Part shown: piece by piece, positions 1-9,192 of the stretch | How positions within the stretch are numbered: position 1 is the stretch's first letter | Layout: each line of letters begins with the position of its first letter | Program-made: the position numbers and the translations under genes | Source of the DNA: Octopus sinensis | Taxonomy: Eukaryota | Assembly: GCF_006345805.1 (NCBI RefSeq) | Contig: NW_021824214.1 | Location: 1-19,487 of the forward strand | Direction of reading: 5' to 3' | Length of the DNA stretch: 19,487 nt | The notes under the pieces: model-generated | Told to the model about the DNA's origin: nothing | Seen by the model: the letters and a program-made list of their open reading frames with translations, nothing else | Databases searched by the model: none

Positions 1-211
1 GGCATCTCTGCGAGTGTGCGTGTGCGCGCATGAGTGTGTGTTTGTATTTGGGTATTGTATGCATGTGTAGTTTGAAGTTTGAAGTTTCAGCTTAAAATGC
101 TGCTTTGAGTCATCACACAAGCCACTGTTGACTTAACACACACTCTGTGTGTGTGTGGTGTGTGTGTGTGTGGTGTGGTTCTGAGCGAGATATATACTGT
201 AACTGTATCGA

Positions 212-498
212 ATAGCAATGTCTATATGCCAACAGAATGTGGCAGTCCTATAAAGGACGATGTTATTGTTGTTAGCTTGTGGTTGTCTTACACTGAGGAT
301 GGACAACATCCAGAAACCTAGTTCGGTAAGCATCACTTAAGGCTAGAGATTGGAGCGATGACCTCCCTTGCAAACGCTATACGGACACAAACTGTGTGTC
401 GATAGCCAGCTGGAAAAGAGGCTTTCCTGAGATTAAAACAACAGTAACATCGTCTTTTATAGGACGGTCACATTCTGTTGGCATATAAACATTACTAT
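212..498 (+). mobile_element. Small inverted-repeat element with a central hammerhead motif (Penelope-like remnant or MITE)
   Basis: 62-bp inverted arms at 212-273 and 437-498 (ATAGCAATGTCTATATGCCAACAGAATGT... matches the reverse complement ATAGTAATGTTTATATGCCAACAGAATGT...). The right end runs into (TA)n. An HHR motif lies in the spacer. Confidence 0.7.
287..330 (+). ncRNA. Minimal type I hammerhead ribozyme motif (degenerate)
   Basis: CTTACA-CTGAGGA-TGGA(CAACA)TCCA-GAAA-CCTAGT-T-C-GGTAAG. Core intact, 4-bp stem II, stem III one substitution from the palindrome ACCTAGGT, stem I 5 bp with an A.G closing mismatch. Confidence 0.65.
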
Positions 499-591
499 AT
501 ATATATATATATATATATATAGAATATTGAATTTCTAAATCTCTCGTAGAGACCTGTACGATGGTGGGGCGATAGAATGGTTGTTGATCTG

Positions 592-819
592 TCAATCTAA
601 CAAGAACGTGACAGTAGGGGGTTACACCACCGTTGTATAGCCCTAGGAGGCAGTCGACGCCTCTTGGACAGCTTCGACACAATTTTTTCCCTGTGGTCCT
701 TATATACATATACGAAGGACACAGGGAAAAATGTGTCGAAGCTGTCAGGAGGCGTTCGATGCCTCCTAGGGCTATACAACGGTGGTGTACCCCCTACTGT
801 CACGTTCTTGTTAGATTGA
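592..819. repeat. Long near-perfect palindrome (fold-back element or MITE)
   Basis: Arms 592-701 and 715-819 are reverse complements differing almost only by single-base indels; 13-nt loop at 702-714; no TSD found. Confidence 0.9.
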
Positions 820-1115
820 TATTGTAAATACAATGAGGAAAGACAACGTAGAAAGGACGAGTTTTAACAAATATCGTAATAGTTTAACGCATGAAAATGA
901 GTGTATTGATGTTTCGGAGGTTAATCCTTCATCAAAAGAGTATGCAGCAGGAAAAGTGTTTGAAAAAAGAAGAACGAGGGGTTAGGGGCCAGATGCGGAT
1001 ACGGTTCTATAGGAGTCATAAAGGGATGAGAGGCCGATGCTTGTGCACGTATGTAAGTATAACCATGTTGTGAGACGGACATAAAGGGATGTGGTGTGGT
1101 GTGGTGTAGTATGCG

Positions 1116-1133
1116 TAGATAGATAGATAAAAT

Positions 1134-1192
<59 letters not shown>

Positions 1193-1213
1193 GGAGAGAG
1201 AGAGAGAGAGAGA
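1116..1213. repeat. (GATA)n-(GA)n microsatellite
   Basis: Direct reading. Confidence 0.95.
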
Positions 1214-1346
1214 AAATGTAGTGCAAGTGTGGAAGTACAGTGGTGTGAGTTACTGTTCAATATGTTAAATATATTCGTCCATAAATATCTACATACATAT
1301 ACGTATGTACATACACACATGAACGTTTACACGCATGCAAACAGAA

Positions 1347-1425
1347 ATACACACACACACACACACACACAAACACAAAATCATACATACACACACACAC
1401 AAACAGTAAGCCGTTTCTGTTCTGA

Positions 1426-1474
<49 letters not shown>

Positions 1475-1510
1475 GTGTGTGGTTGTGCTTGTGCGTGTGT
1501 GTGTGTATAC
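1347..1510. repeat. (CA)n and (TG)n microsatellites
   Basis: Direct reading. Confidence 0.9.
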
Positions 1511-1825
1511 GTAGAGTCACGCATCACTGCTGTGTATTTGTCTCCATTACAATAGTTTCGCAGCAACTGAACAAACACCAGCTTCGTATATAAAACTGAC
1601 ATTAAACTGTGGAATATATTACTTATATAGAAACACTCACCTGAACTCATCAAAAAATATTTAAATAAACAAAACACAAACAGAATAAATAAACCATAAT
1701 AAAATAGGAATTGACAATAAAAGTAATATATATTCAATTCACTCGTTTATTCTTTTATTCTTATATACGTGTGTCATTTATATTATGTATATGTGTGTGT
1801 ATGTGTATATATATGTATGTATATC

Positions 1826-1860
<35 letters not shown>

Positions 1861-1897
1861 ATACGTATATACATACATACATATATACATATACATA

Positions 1898-2076
1898 GGT
1901 GTAGGAGTGGCTGTGTGATAAGTAGCTTGCTTACGAACCACATGGTTCCGGGTTCAGTCCCACTGCGTCGCACCTTGGCCAAGTGTCTTCTACTATAACC
2001 TCGGGCCGACCAAAGCCTTGTGAGTGGTAGACGGAAACTGAAAGAAGCCCGTCGTATATATGTATATATATATATG

Positions 2077-2110
<34 letters not shown>

Positions 2111-2355
2111 TGTATGTATGTATGTATGTATGTGTGCGTATGTTTGTGTGTCTGTGTTTGTCCACCCAACATTGCTTGACAACCGATGCTGGTGTGTTTA
2201 CATCCCCTTAATCTAGCGGTTCAGCAAAAGAATCCGATAGAATAAGTACTAGGCTTACAAAGAATAAGTCCTGGGGTCGATTTGGTCGACTACAGGTGGT
2301 GCTCCAGCATGGCCGCAGTCAAATTTCTGAAACAAGTAAAAGAGTAAAAGAGTAT
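1898..2355 (+). mobile_element. tRNA-derived SINE, family 1 (bipartite, internal TATG microsatellite)
   Basis: A-box-like TGGCTGTGTGAT and B-box GGTTCAGTCCC head; CORE-like CACCTTGGCCAAGTG; body to GAAGCCCGTCG; (TATG)n; second module ending AAGTAAAAGAGTAAAAGAG. A reverse-complement copy lies at 14295-14682. Confidence 0.88.
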
Positions 2356-2562
2356 ATTATATATATAGATATATACTAAGCAATAAGGTGTTCAGCAACG
2401 AGTTGCCTTACCACATACCGAATTTAGAAATAGCAGTCAAAGGGTAAGCTATTTCTTCACTAAAAAGGGAGATCTCATAAAAACAGAATTGGAGGATGCT
2501 GACACAAACAGGTAAGAGAGAATAATGAATTAACCGCAATCTATCAAACATTTTTAAAGTTA

Positions 2563-2671
2563 TCCACGGACGTACGTTTCGAAATCAAGTTTTAGGAAAG
2601 CATAAGAATTAAAATATTAAATATTAAATAATTCTATCCTTACCGAAACTTCTTTTCTCTTCAGCGTGGAA
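2563..2671 (-). ncRNA. Type I hammerhead ribozyme, array copy (intact)
   Basis: Reverse complement of TCCACG-CTGAAGA-GAAA...TTTC-GAAA-CGTACG-T-C-CGTGGA. Confidence 0.85.
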
Positions 2672-3166
2672 TACTATAATCATAAATGATTATATATTGA
2701 ATTTTGAGATACTAGGAGGTACCACTCAACTCAGTATCAGAGCGAGCTAGAATCCTCAACTAGTATCACCGAATTCAAATTTGTGAATGAAACGATTGTG
2801 TCAACCCCTTCCCACCCGCGTGTAGCCAAAACAAGATGCTGTATCATCTACTGAGATAAAATATGGTTATCCGTAATAATGAAAGGGGTGAAATTAATTA
2901 ATTTGGAATAATTATCAATTACACCAAGTAGTCTTCGGCATGTAAAATCCTCATTTGAGGAAAATTTAAGTAATACTCCAATAAGGGTTCAGCAACGCGA
3001 GTTGCCTTACCACATAACCGAATTTAGAAATAGCAGTCAAAGGGTTATAGCTATTTCTTCTACTAAAAAGGGAGATCTCAGTAAAAACAGCAATTGGAAG
3101 GCTGACACAAACAGGTAAGAGAGAATGAATTAACCAACCGCAATCTATCAAACATTTTTAAAGTTA

Positions 3167-3271
3167 TCCACGGACGTACGTTTCGAAATCAAGTTTTAGG
3201 AAGCATAAGAATTAAAATATTAAATATTAATAATTCTATCTTACCGAAACTTCTTTTCTCTTCAGCGTGGA
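3167..3271 (-). ncRNA. Type I hammerhead ribozyme, array copy (intact)
   Basis: Same motif, all core nucleotides present. Confidence 0.85.
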
Positions 3272-3767
3272 ATACTATAATCATAAATGATTATATATTG
3301 AATTTTGAGATACTAGGAGTTACCAAACTCAACTCAGTATCAGAGCGAGCTAGAATCCTCAACTAGTATCACCGAATTCAATTTTGTGAATGAAACGATT
3401 GTGTCACAGCCCCTTCCCACCCGCGTGTAGCCAAAACAAGATGCTGTAGTCATCTACTGAGATAAAATATGGTTATCCGTAATAATGAAGGGTGAATTAT
3501 TAATTTGGAATAATATCAATTACACCAAGTAGTCTTCGGCATGTAAAAGCCTCATTTGAGAGGAAAATTTAAGTAATACTAAGCAATAAGGGTTCAGCAA
3601 AACGAGTTGCCTTACCACTACCGAATTTAGAAATAGCAGTCAAAGGGTTATAGCTATTTCTTCTACTAAAAAGGGAGATCTCAGTAAAAACAGCAATTGG
3701 AAGGCTGACACAAACAGGTTAAGAGAGAATGAATTAACCGCAATCTATCAAAACATTTTTAAAGTTA

Positions 3768-3872
3768 TCCACGGACTACGTTTCGAAATCAAGTTTTAGG
3801 AAAGCATAAGAATTAAAATATTAAATATTAAATAATTCTATCTTACCGAAACTTCTTTTCTCTTCAGCGTGA
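3768..3872 (-). ncRNA. Type I hammerhead ribozyme, array copy (two 1-nt deletions)
   Basis: GGACTACG instead of GGACGTACG (stem III) and CGTGAAT instead of CGTGGAAT (stem I); may be sequencing errors. Confidence 0.7.
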
Positions 3873-3974
3873 ATACTATAATCATAAATGATTATATATT
3901 TAATTTTGAGATACTAGGAGGTACCAACTCAACACTCAGTAAGAGCGAGCTAGAATCCTCAACTAGTATCACCG

Positions 3975-4076
3975 GCTGAAGAGAAAAGAAGTTTCGGTAA
4001 GATAGAATTATTTAATATTTAATATTTTAATTCTTATGCTTTCCTAAAACTTGATTTCGAAACGTACGTCCGTGGA
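3975..4076 (+). ncRNA. Type I hammerhead ribozyme, junction copy (5' strand of stem I lost)
   Basis: Core CTGAAGA at 3976-3982, GAAA at 4059-4062, GTC site ending 4070. The inversion junction replaces TCCAC of stem I. Confidence 0.7.
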
Positions 4077-4566
4077 TAACTTTAAAAATGTTTGATAGAT
4101 TGCGGTTAATTCATTCTCTCTTACCTGTTTGTGTCAGCCTTCCAATTGCTGTTTTTACTGAGATCTCCCTTTTTAGTAGAAGAATAGCTATAACCCTTTG
4201 ACTGCTATTTCTAAATTCGGTATGTGGTAAGGCAACTCGTTGCTGAACCCTATTGCTTAGTATTACTTAAATTTTCCTCAAATGAGGCTTTTACATGCCG
4301 AAGACTACTTGGTGTAATTGATAATTATTCCAATTAATTAATTTCACCCTTCATTATTACGGATAACCATATTTTATCTCAGTAGATGACTACAGCATCT
4401 TTTTTTGGCTACACGCGGGTGGGAAGGGGCTGTTGACACAATCGTTTCATTCACAAATTTGAATTCGGTGATACTAGTTGAGGATTCTAGCTCGCTCTGA
4501 TACTGAGTTAGTTGGTACCTCCTAGTATCTCAAAATTCAATATATAATCATTTATGATTATAGTAT

Positions 4567-4672
4567 TCCACGCTGAAGAAAAAGAAGTTTCGGTAAGATA
4601 GAATTATTTAATATTTAATATTTTAATTCTTATGCTTCCCTAAAACTTGATTTCGAAACGTACGTCCGTGGA
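4567..4672 (+). ncRNA. Type I hammerhead ribozyme, array copy (G10.1 deleted)
   Basis: CTGAAGAAAAAG instead of CTGAAGAGAAAAG; rest intact; GTC site ends 4666. Confidence 0.75.
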
Positions 4673-5160
4673 TAACTTTAAAAATGTTTGATAGATTGCG
4701 GTTATTCATTCTCTCTTACCTGTTTGTGTCAGCCTTCCAATTGCTGTTTTTACTGAGATCTCCCTTTTTAGTAGAAGAATAGCTATAACCCTTTGACTGC
4801 TATTTCTAAATTCGGTATGTGGTAAGGCAACTCGTTGCTGAACCCTTATTGCTTAGTATTACTTAAATTTTCCTCAATGAGGCTTTTACATGCCGAAGAC
4901 TACTGGTGTAATTGATAATTATTCCAAATTAATTAATTTCACCCTTCATTATTACGGATAACCATATTTATCTCAGTAGATGACTACAGCATCTTGTTTT
5001 GGCTACACGCGGGTGGGAAGGGGCTGTTGACACAATCGTTTCATTCACAATTTGAATTCGGTGATACTAGTTGAGGATTCTAGCTCGCTCTGATACTGAG
5101 TTGAGTTTGTACCTCCTAGTATCTCAAAATTCAATATATAATCATTTATGATTATAGTAT

Positions 5161-5267
5161 TCCACGCTGAAGAGAAAAGAAGTTTCGGTAAGATAGAATT
5201 ATTTAATATTTAATATTTTAATTCTTATGCTTTCCTAAAACTTGATTTCGAAACGTACGTCCGTGGA
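5161..5267 (+). ncRNA. Type I hammerhead ribozyme, array copy (intact)
   Basis: Stem I TCCACG 5161-5166 / CGTGGA 5262-5267; CTGAAGA 5167-5173; stem II GAAA 5174-5177 / TTTC 5246-5249 (G10.1-C11.1); GAAA 5250-5253; palindromic stem III ACGTACGT 5253-5260; C17 at 5261 (GUC). Confidence 0.9.
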
Positions 5268-5761
5268 TAACTTTAAAAATGTTTGATAGATTGCGGTTAA
5301 TTCATTCTCTCTTACCTGTTTTGTTCAGCCTTCCAATTGCTGTTTTTACTGAGATCTCCCTTTTAGTAGAAGAAATAGCTATAACCCTTTGACTGCTATT
5401 TCTAAATTCGGTATGTGGTAAGGCAACTCGTGCTGAACCCTTATTGCTTAGTATTACTTAAATTTTCCTCAAATGAGGCTTTTACATGCCGAAGACTACT
5501 TGGTGTAATTGAATTATTCCAAATTAATTAATTTCACACCCTTCATTATTACGGATAACCATATTTTATCTCAGTAGATGACTACACAGCATCTTGTTTT
5601 GGCTACACGCGGGTGGGAAGGGGCTGTTGACACAATCGTTTCATTCACAAATTTGAATTCGGTGATACTAGTTGAGGATTCTAGCTCGCTCTGATACTGA
5701 GTTGAGTTGGTACCTCCTAGTATCTCAAAATTCAATATATAATCATTTATGATTATAGTAT

Positions 5762-5868
5762 TCCACGCTGAAGAGAAAAGAAGTTTCGGTAATGTAGAAT
5801 TATTTAATATTTAATATTTTAATTCTTATGCTTTCCTAAAACTTGATTTCGAAACGTACGTCCGTGGA
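5762..5868 (+). ncRNA. Type I hammerhead ribozyme, array copy (intact)
   Basis: Same motif; GTC site ends 5862. Confidence 0.88.
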
Positions 5869-6362
5869 TAACTTTAAAAATGTTTGATAGATTGCGGTTA
5901 ATTCATTCTCTCTTACCTGTTTGTGTCAGCCTTCCATTGCTGTTTTTACTGAGATCTCCCTTTTTAGTAGAAGAATAGCTATAACCCTTTGACTGCTATT
6001 TCTAAATTCGGTATGTGGTAAGGCAACTCGTTGCTGAACCCTTATTGCTTAGTATTACTTAAATTTTCCTCAAATGAGGCTTTTACATGCCGAAGACTAC
6101 TTGGTGTAATTGATAATTATTCCAAATAATTAATTAATTCACACCCTTCATTATTACGGATAACCATATTTTATCTCGTAGATGACTACAGCATCTTGTT
6201 TTGGCTACACGCGGTGGGAAGGGGCTGTTGACACAATCGTTTCATTCACAAATTTGAATTCGGTGATACTAGTTGAGGATTCTAGCTCGCTCTGATACTG
6301 AGTTGAGTTGGTACCATCCTAGTATCTCAAAATCAATATATAATCATTTATGATTATAGTAT

Positions 6363-6471
6363 TCCACGCTGAAGAGAAAAGAATTTCGGTAAGATAGAAT
6401 TATTTAATATTTAATATTTTAATTCTTATGCTTCCTTCCTAAAACTTGATTTCGAAACGTACGTCCGTGGA
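6363..6471 (+). ncRNA. Type I hammerhead ribozyme, array copy (core intact)
   Basis: Same motif; GTC site ends 6465; small indels only in the distal stem II extension. Confidence 0.85.
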
Positions 6472-6965
6472 TACTTTAAAAATGTTTGATAGATTGCGGT
6501 TAATTCATTCTCTCTTACCTGTTTGTGTCAGCCTTCCAATTGCTGTTTTTACTGAGATCTCCCTTTTTAGTAGAAGAAATAGCTAAACCCTTTGACTGCT
6601 ATTTCTAAATTCGGTATGTGGTAAGGCAACTCGTTGCTGAACCCTTATTGCTTAGTATTACTTAAATTTTCCTCAAATGAGGCTTTTACATGCCGAAGAC
6701 TACTTGGTGTAATTGATAATTATTCCAAATTAATTAATTTCACCCTTCATTATTACGGATAACCATATTTTATCTCAGTAGATGACTACAGCATCTTGTT
6801 TTGGCTACACGCGGGTGGGAAGGGGCTGTTGACACACAATCGTTTCATTCACAAATTTGAATTCGGTGATACTAGTTGAGGATTCTAGCTCGCTCTGATA
6901 CTGAGTTGAGTTGGTACCTCCTAGTATCTCAAAATTCAATATATAATCATTTATGATTATAGTAT

Positions 6966-7071
6966 TCCACGCTGAAGAGAAAAGAAGTTTCGGTAAGATA
7001 GAATTATTTAATATTTAATATTTTAATTCTTTGCTTTCCTAAAACTTGATTTCGAAACGTACGTCCGTGGA
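6966..7071 (+). ncRNA. Type I hammerhead ribozyme, array copy (intact)
   Basis: Same motif; GTC site ends 7065. Confidence 0.88.
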
Positions 7072-7434
7072 TAACTTTAAAAATGTTTGATAGATTGCGG
7101 TTAATTCATTCTCTCTTACCTGTTTGTGTCAGCCTTCCAATTGCTGTTTTTACTGAGATCTCCCTTTTTAGTAGAAAAAATAGCTATAACCCTTTGACTG
7201 CTATTTCTAAATTCGGTATGTGGTAAGGCAACTCGTTGCCTGAACCCTTATTGCTTAGTATTACTTAAATTTTCCTCAATGAGGCTTTTACATGCCGAAG
7301 ACTACTTGGTGTAATTGATAATTATTCCAAATTAATTAATTTCACCCTTCATTATTACGGATATATATATATATTATATATATGTATGTGTGTATACGTA
7401 TACATACACACACATACACACATGCACAAACACA

Positions 7435-7468
<34 letters not shown>

Positions 7469-7541
7469 TTTCTTCTTTTCAGTTACACTTTTATGTGAAA
7501 AATGAACATAAATTGAAGTCTGAGTATCACATTTATTTTTA

Positions 7542-7653
7542 CAGGGGATAAGTTAAACAGTGACTTCGAAGTTTCACCGGTTGTGACTTTGTCAGACGCT
7601 GTGACACAGCTTCAACCGGTGAATGCTCTATATCACTATCAACCTTTCCCTTG
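7542..7653. mobile_element. Short palindromic Tc1/mariner-like MITE
   Basis: TA|CAGGGGATAAGTT ... AACCTTTCCCTTG|TA with flanking TA at 7540-41 and 7654-55; internal perfect inverted 11-mer TTCACCGGTTG/CAACCGGTGAA. Confidence 0.65.
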
Positions 7654-7999
7654 TAAAATTACACACACACACACATACACGTACGTACTCTAAGTCACAC
7701 ACATACACATGCGTGCAAGCACACAAACACATTAATTAATGAAACTTTAAACCCTGCAAATGCGCAGATTAGTCTATCCACTTCGGTGCTAGTCTAAGTT
7801 ATGACTGCTTTTTATTAGAAACAAGACAGTACAGAAACAGCACATCAAACAGGATTGAAATGAAGGCATGATTCTATGATGGTTAGTTAAAAGGTATCTA
7901 GCTAAATGGATGAAGAATATATCTGATGGCTATGGAAAAGGAATATTTATTCGGCTGAAAGTCGAGAGTTTTGGAGGGGACAAATGAAAAAGAGGCTTG

Positions 8000-8228
8000 C
8001 TGTATTTTACCGGCGTACAAGTCGACGTTGTCCATAGTGTAAACATGTAGTGTTAGAATTTAAACATCGTCACTATCTTTCCAAGTACAGCTACATTTTG
8101 CACTGAATATTTTGTCCTCCAAAGTTCTCTTGGTGTCGACCAACGTACTTCTGGGGGATGAAGATAGACAGAGAGGGGCGCTGTAAATTTTGGGCTTAAA
8201 ACTCGACTTGTATGCCAGAAAATAGCGG
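8000..8228. mobile_element. pogo/Tc2-like MITE
   Basis: Imperfect TIRs CTGTATTTTACCGGCGTACAAGTCGA / TCGACTTGTATGCCAGAAAATAGCGG, resembling the CCGTATTT-type termini of Tc2/pogo-group elements; TA TSD not preserved. Confidence 0.6.
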
Positions 8229-8278
8229 AAGTGACAACCTCTTACATACGTTCGCTGAATATGCGTGCGTATATGTTT

Positions 8279-8299
8279 CTCTCTCTGTCTCTCTGTCTG

Positions 8300-8365
<66 letters not shown>
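8279..8365. repeat. (CT)n microsatellite
   Basis: Direct reading. Confidence 0.95.
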
Positions 8366-8368
<3 letters not shown>

Positions 8369-8574
8369 CGTATAGCTCTGCATGTATGTTTGTGTGTGTG
8401 TGTGGTTGATAGTGATAGGTGGGTGTTGGGAATGCAATAAAAGTATATTAGTTATTTTAATAGCCAATAATTGATCAGAAAAATTGAAACACTAGTTTTT
8501 CAGAGTCATAAAATAACCGTGTTAATAAAGTACTGTCTAATTAATTTCATGCGTACGTGCGAGCGCGCGCGCGT

Positions 8575-8614
<40 letters not shown>

Positions 8615-9192
8615 TGAGGAAAATATTGATTTTTCATATATTTTCAAAACTTATTTTTCTAACTTAGCTATCAGTGAGGTTTACTTTATATATTTATATA
8701 CTTATATATTTACATAAGACAATTTTTTTTCCTTCTTCATCATATAAACCGTTAAAAAATATGGCTGATAACGTTTTTATAAGCTTTTTATAAAGGGGCC
8801 TTTATAGTTAATCCTATAATTTCGTTTTAATTACCAACGAATAATAAACTAAAGCCAGCTCAGCGTACGTGAAGGGTTAGTTACAGAGAAACGGCAGGGG
8901 GTGGAAAAAAAAAAAAAAAAACTAAGTTAATTCTTGGAATAACATTTACAGTTCGATGAATATAAACAAGCGACTATAGTTTTAAATCGTTTACTGAAAG
9001 AAAAATGGGTTAAAAAAATTCAGTCAAGATATATTTTATTTTTGCTGTAGATGTACTTTCATTCGTTTTGACAATATTGCAGAGGGTAGGGTAGAATACA
9101 TATAAATTCCAGTACAAATATATATTAGTGTAGCTTATAATTTTGTACCACGTATTTGTATTGGTCCTTACCACCTCAACTGTCATTCTCTC

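Larger units (their letters stand above)
2374..7362. repeat. Tandem array of ~600-bp hammerhead-containing units (non-LTR retrozyme / Penelope-like), with internal inversion
   Basis: Unit starts at 2374, 2974 and 3577 (ribozyme on minus strand, ~2.7 units). Orientation switches at 3974/3975. Unit starts then at 3975, 4572, 5166, 5767, 6368 and 6971 (ribozyme on plus strand, ~5.65 units). Copies differ mostly by 1-2 nt indels. Both ends join TA-rich microsatellite. Confidence 0.97.

Noticed and set aside
899-945. Hammerhead-like TTGATGA...GAAAC on the minus strand
   Set aside because: C3 is missing, stem III is not palindromic, and there is no stem I pairing.
1545-1660. Hammerhead-like TTGATGA...GAAACTATTGTA on the minus strand
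   Set aside because: Stems I and II cannot be paired.
1898-1975. tRNA genes at SINE heads (also 9193, 19169)
   Set aside because: A/B boxes are present, but there is no complete cloverleaf and each continues into a repeated SINE body.
3116-3265. Apparent intron in the unit (CAG|GTAAGA ... TTTTCTCTTCAG|) followed by a ~65-codon frame
   Set aside because: The acceptor is simply the antisense of the HHR core and stem II (CTGAAGAGAAAAGAAG); similar donor/acceptor pairs occur on the other strand; the peptide is unrecognisable.
2374-5453. Simple read fold-back artefact as the explanation of the inversion
   Set aside because: A fold-back read would mirror the left flank (the SINE) after 5453. Instead the array continues for about 3 more units into different sequence, and there is a 106-bp spacer. 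An assembly mis-join is still not excluded.
5640-5730. Helitron origin of the array (CTAG|T motifs near hairpins)
   Set aside because: The array ends do not coincide with TC...CTRR termini, and the complete HHR explains the unit better.
2374-7362. CRISPR array or protein-coding tandem repeat
   Set aside because: No unique spacers; units are whole 600-bp copies; all frames are interrupted by stops within a unit.
8538-8880. piggyBac-like element (right end CGTACGTGAAGGG|TTAG)
   Set aside because: The TTAA is imperfect and the putative left TIR near 8540 matches too poorly.
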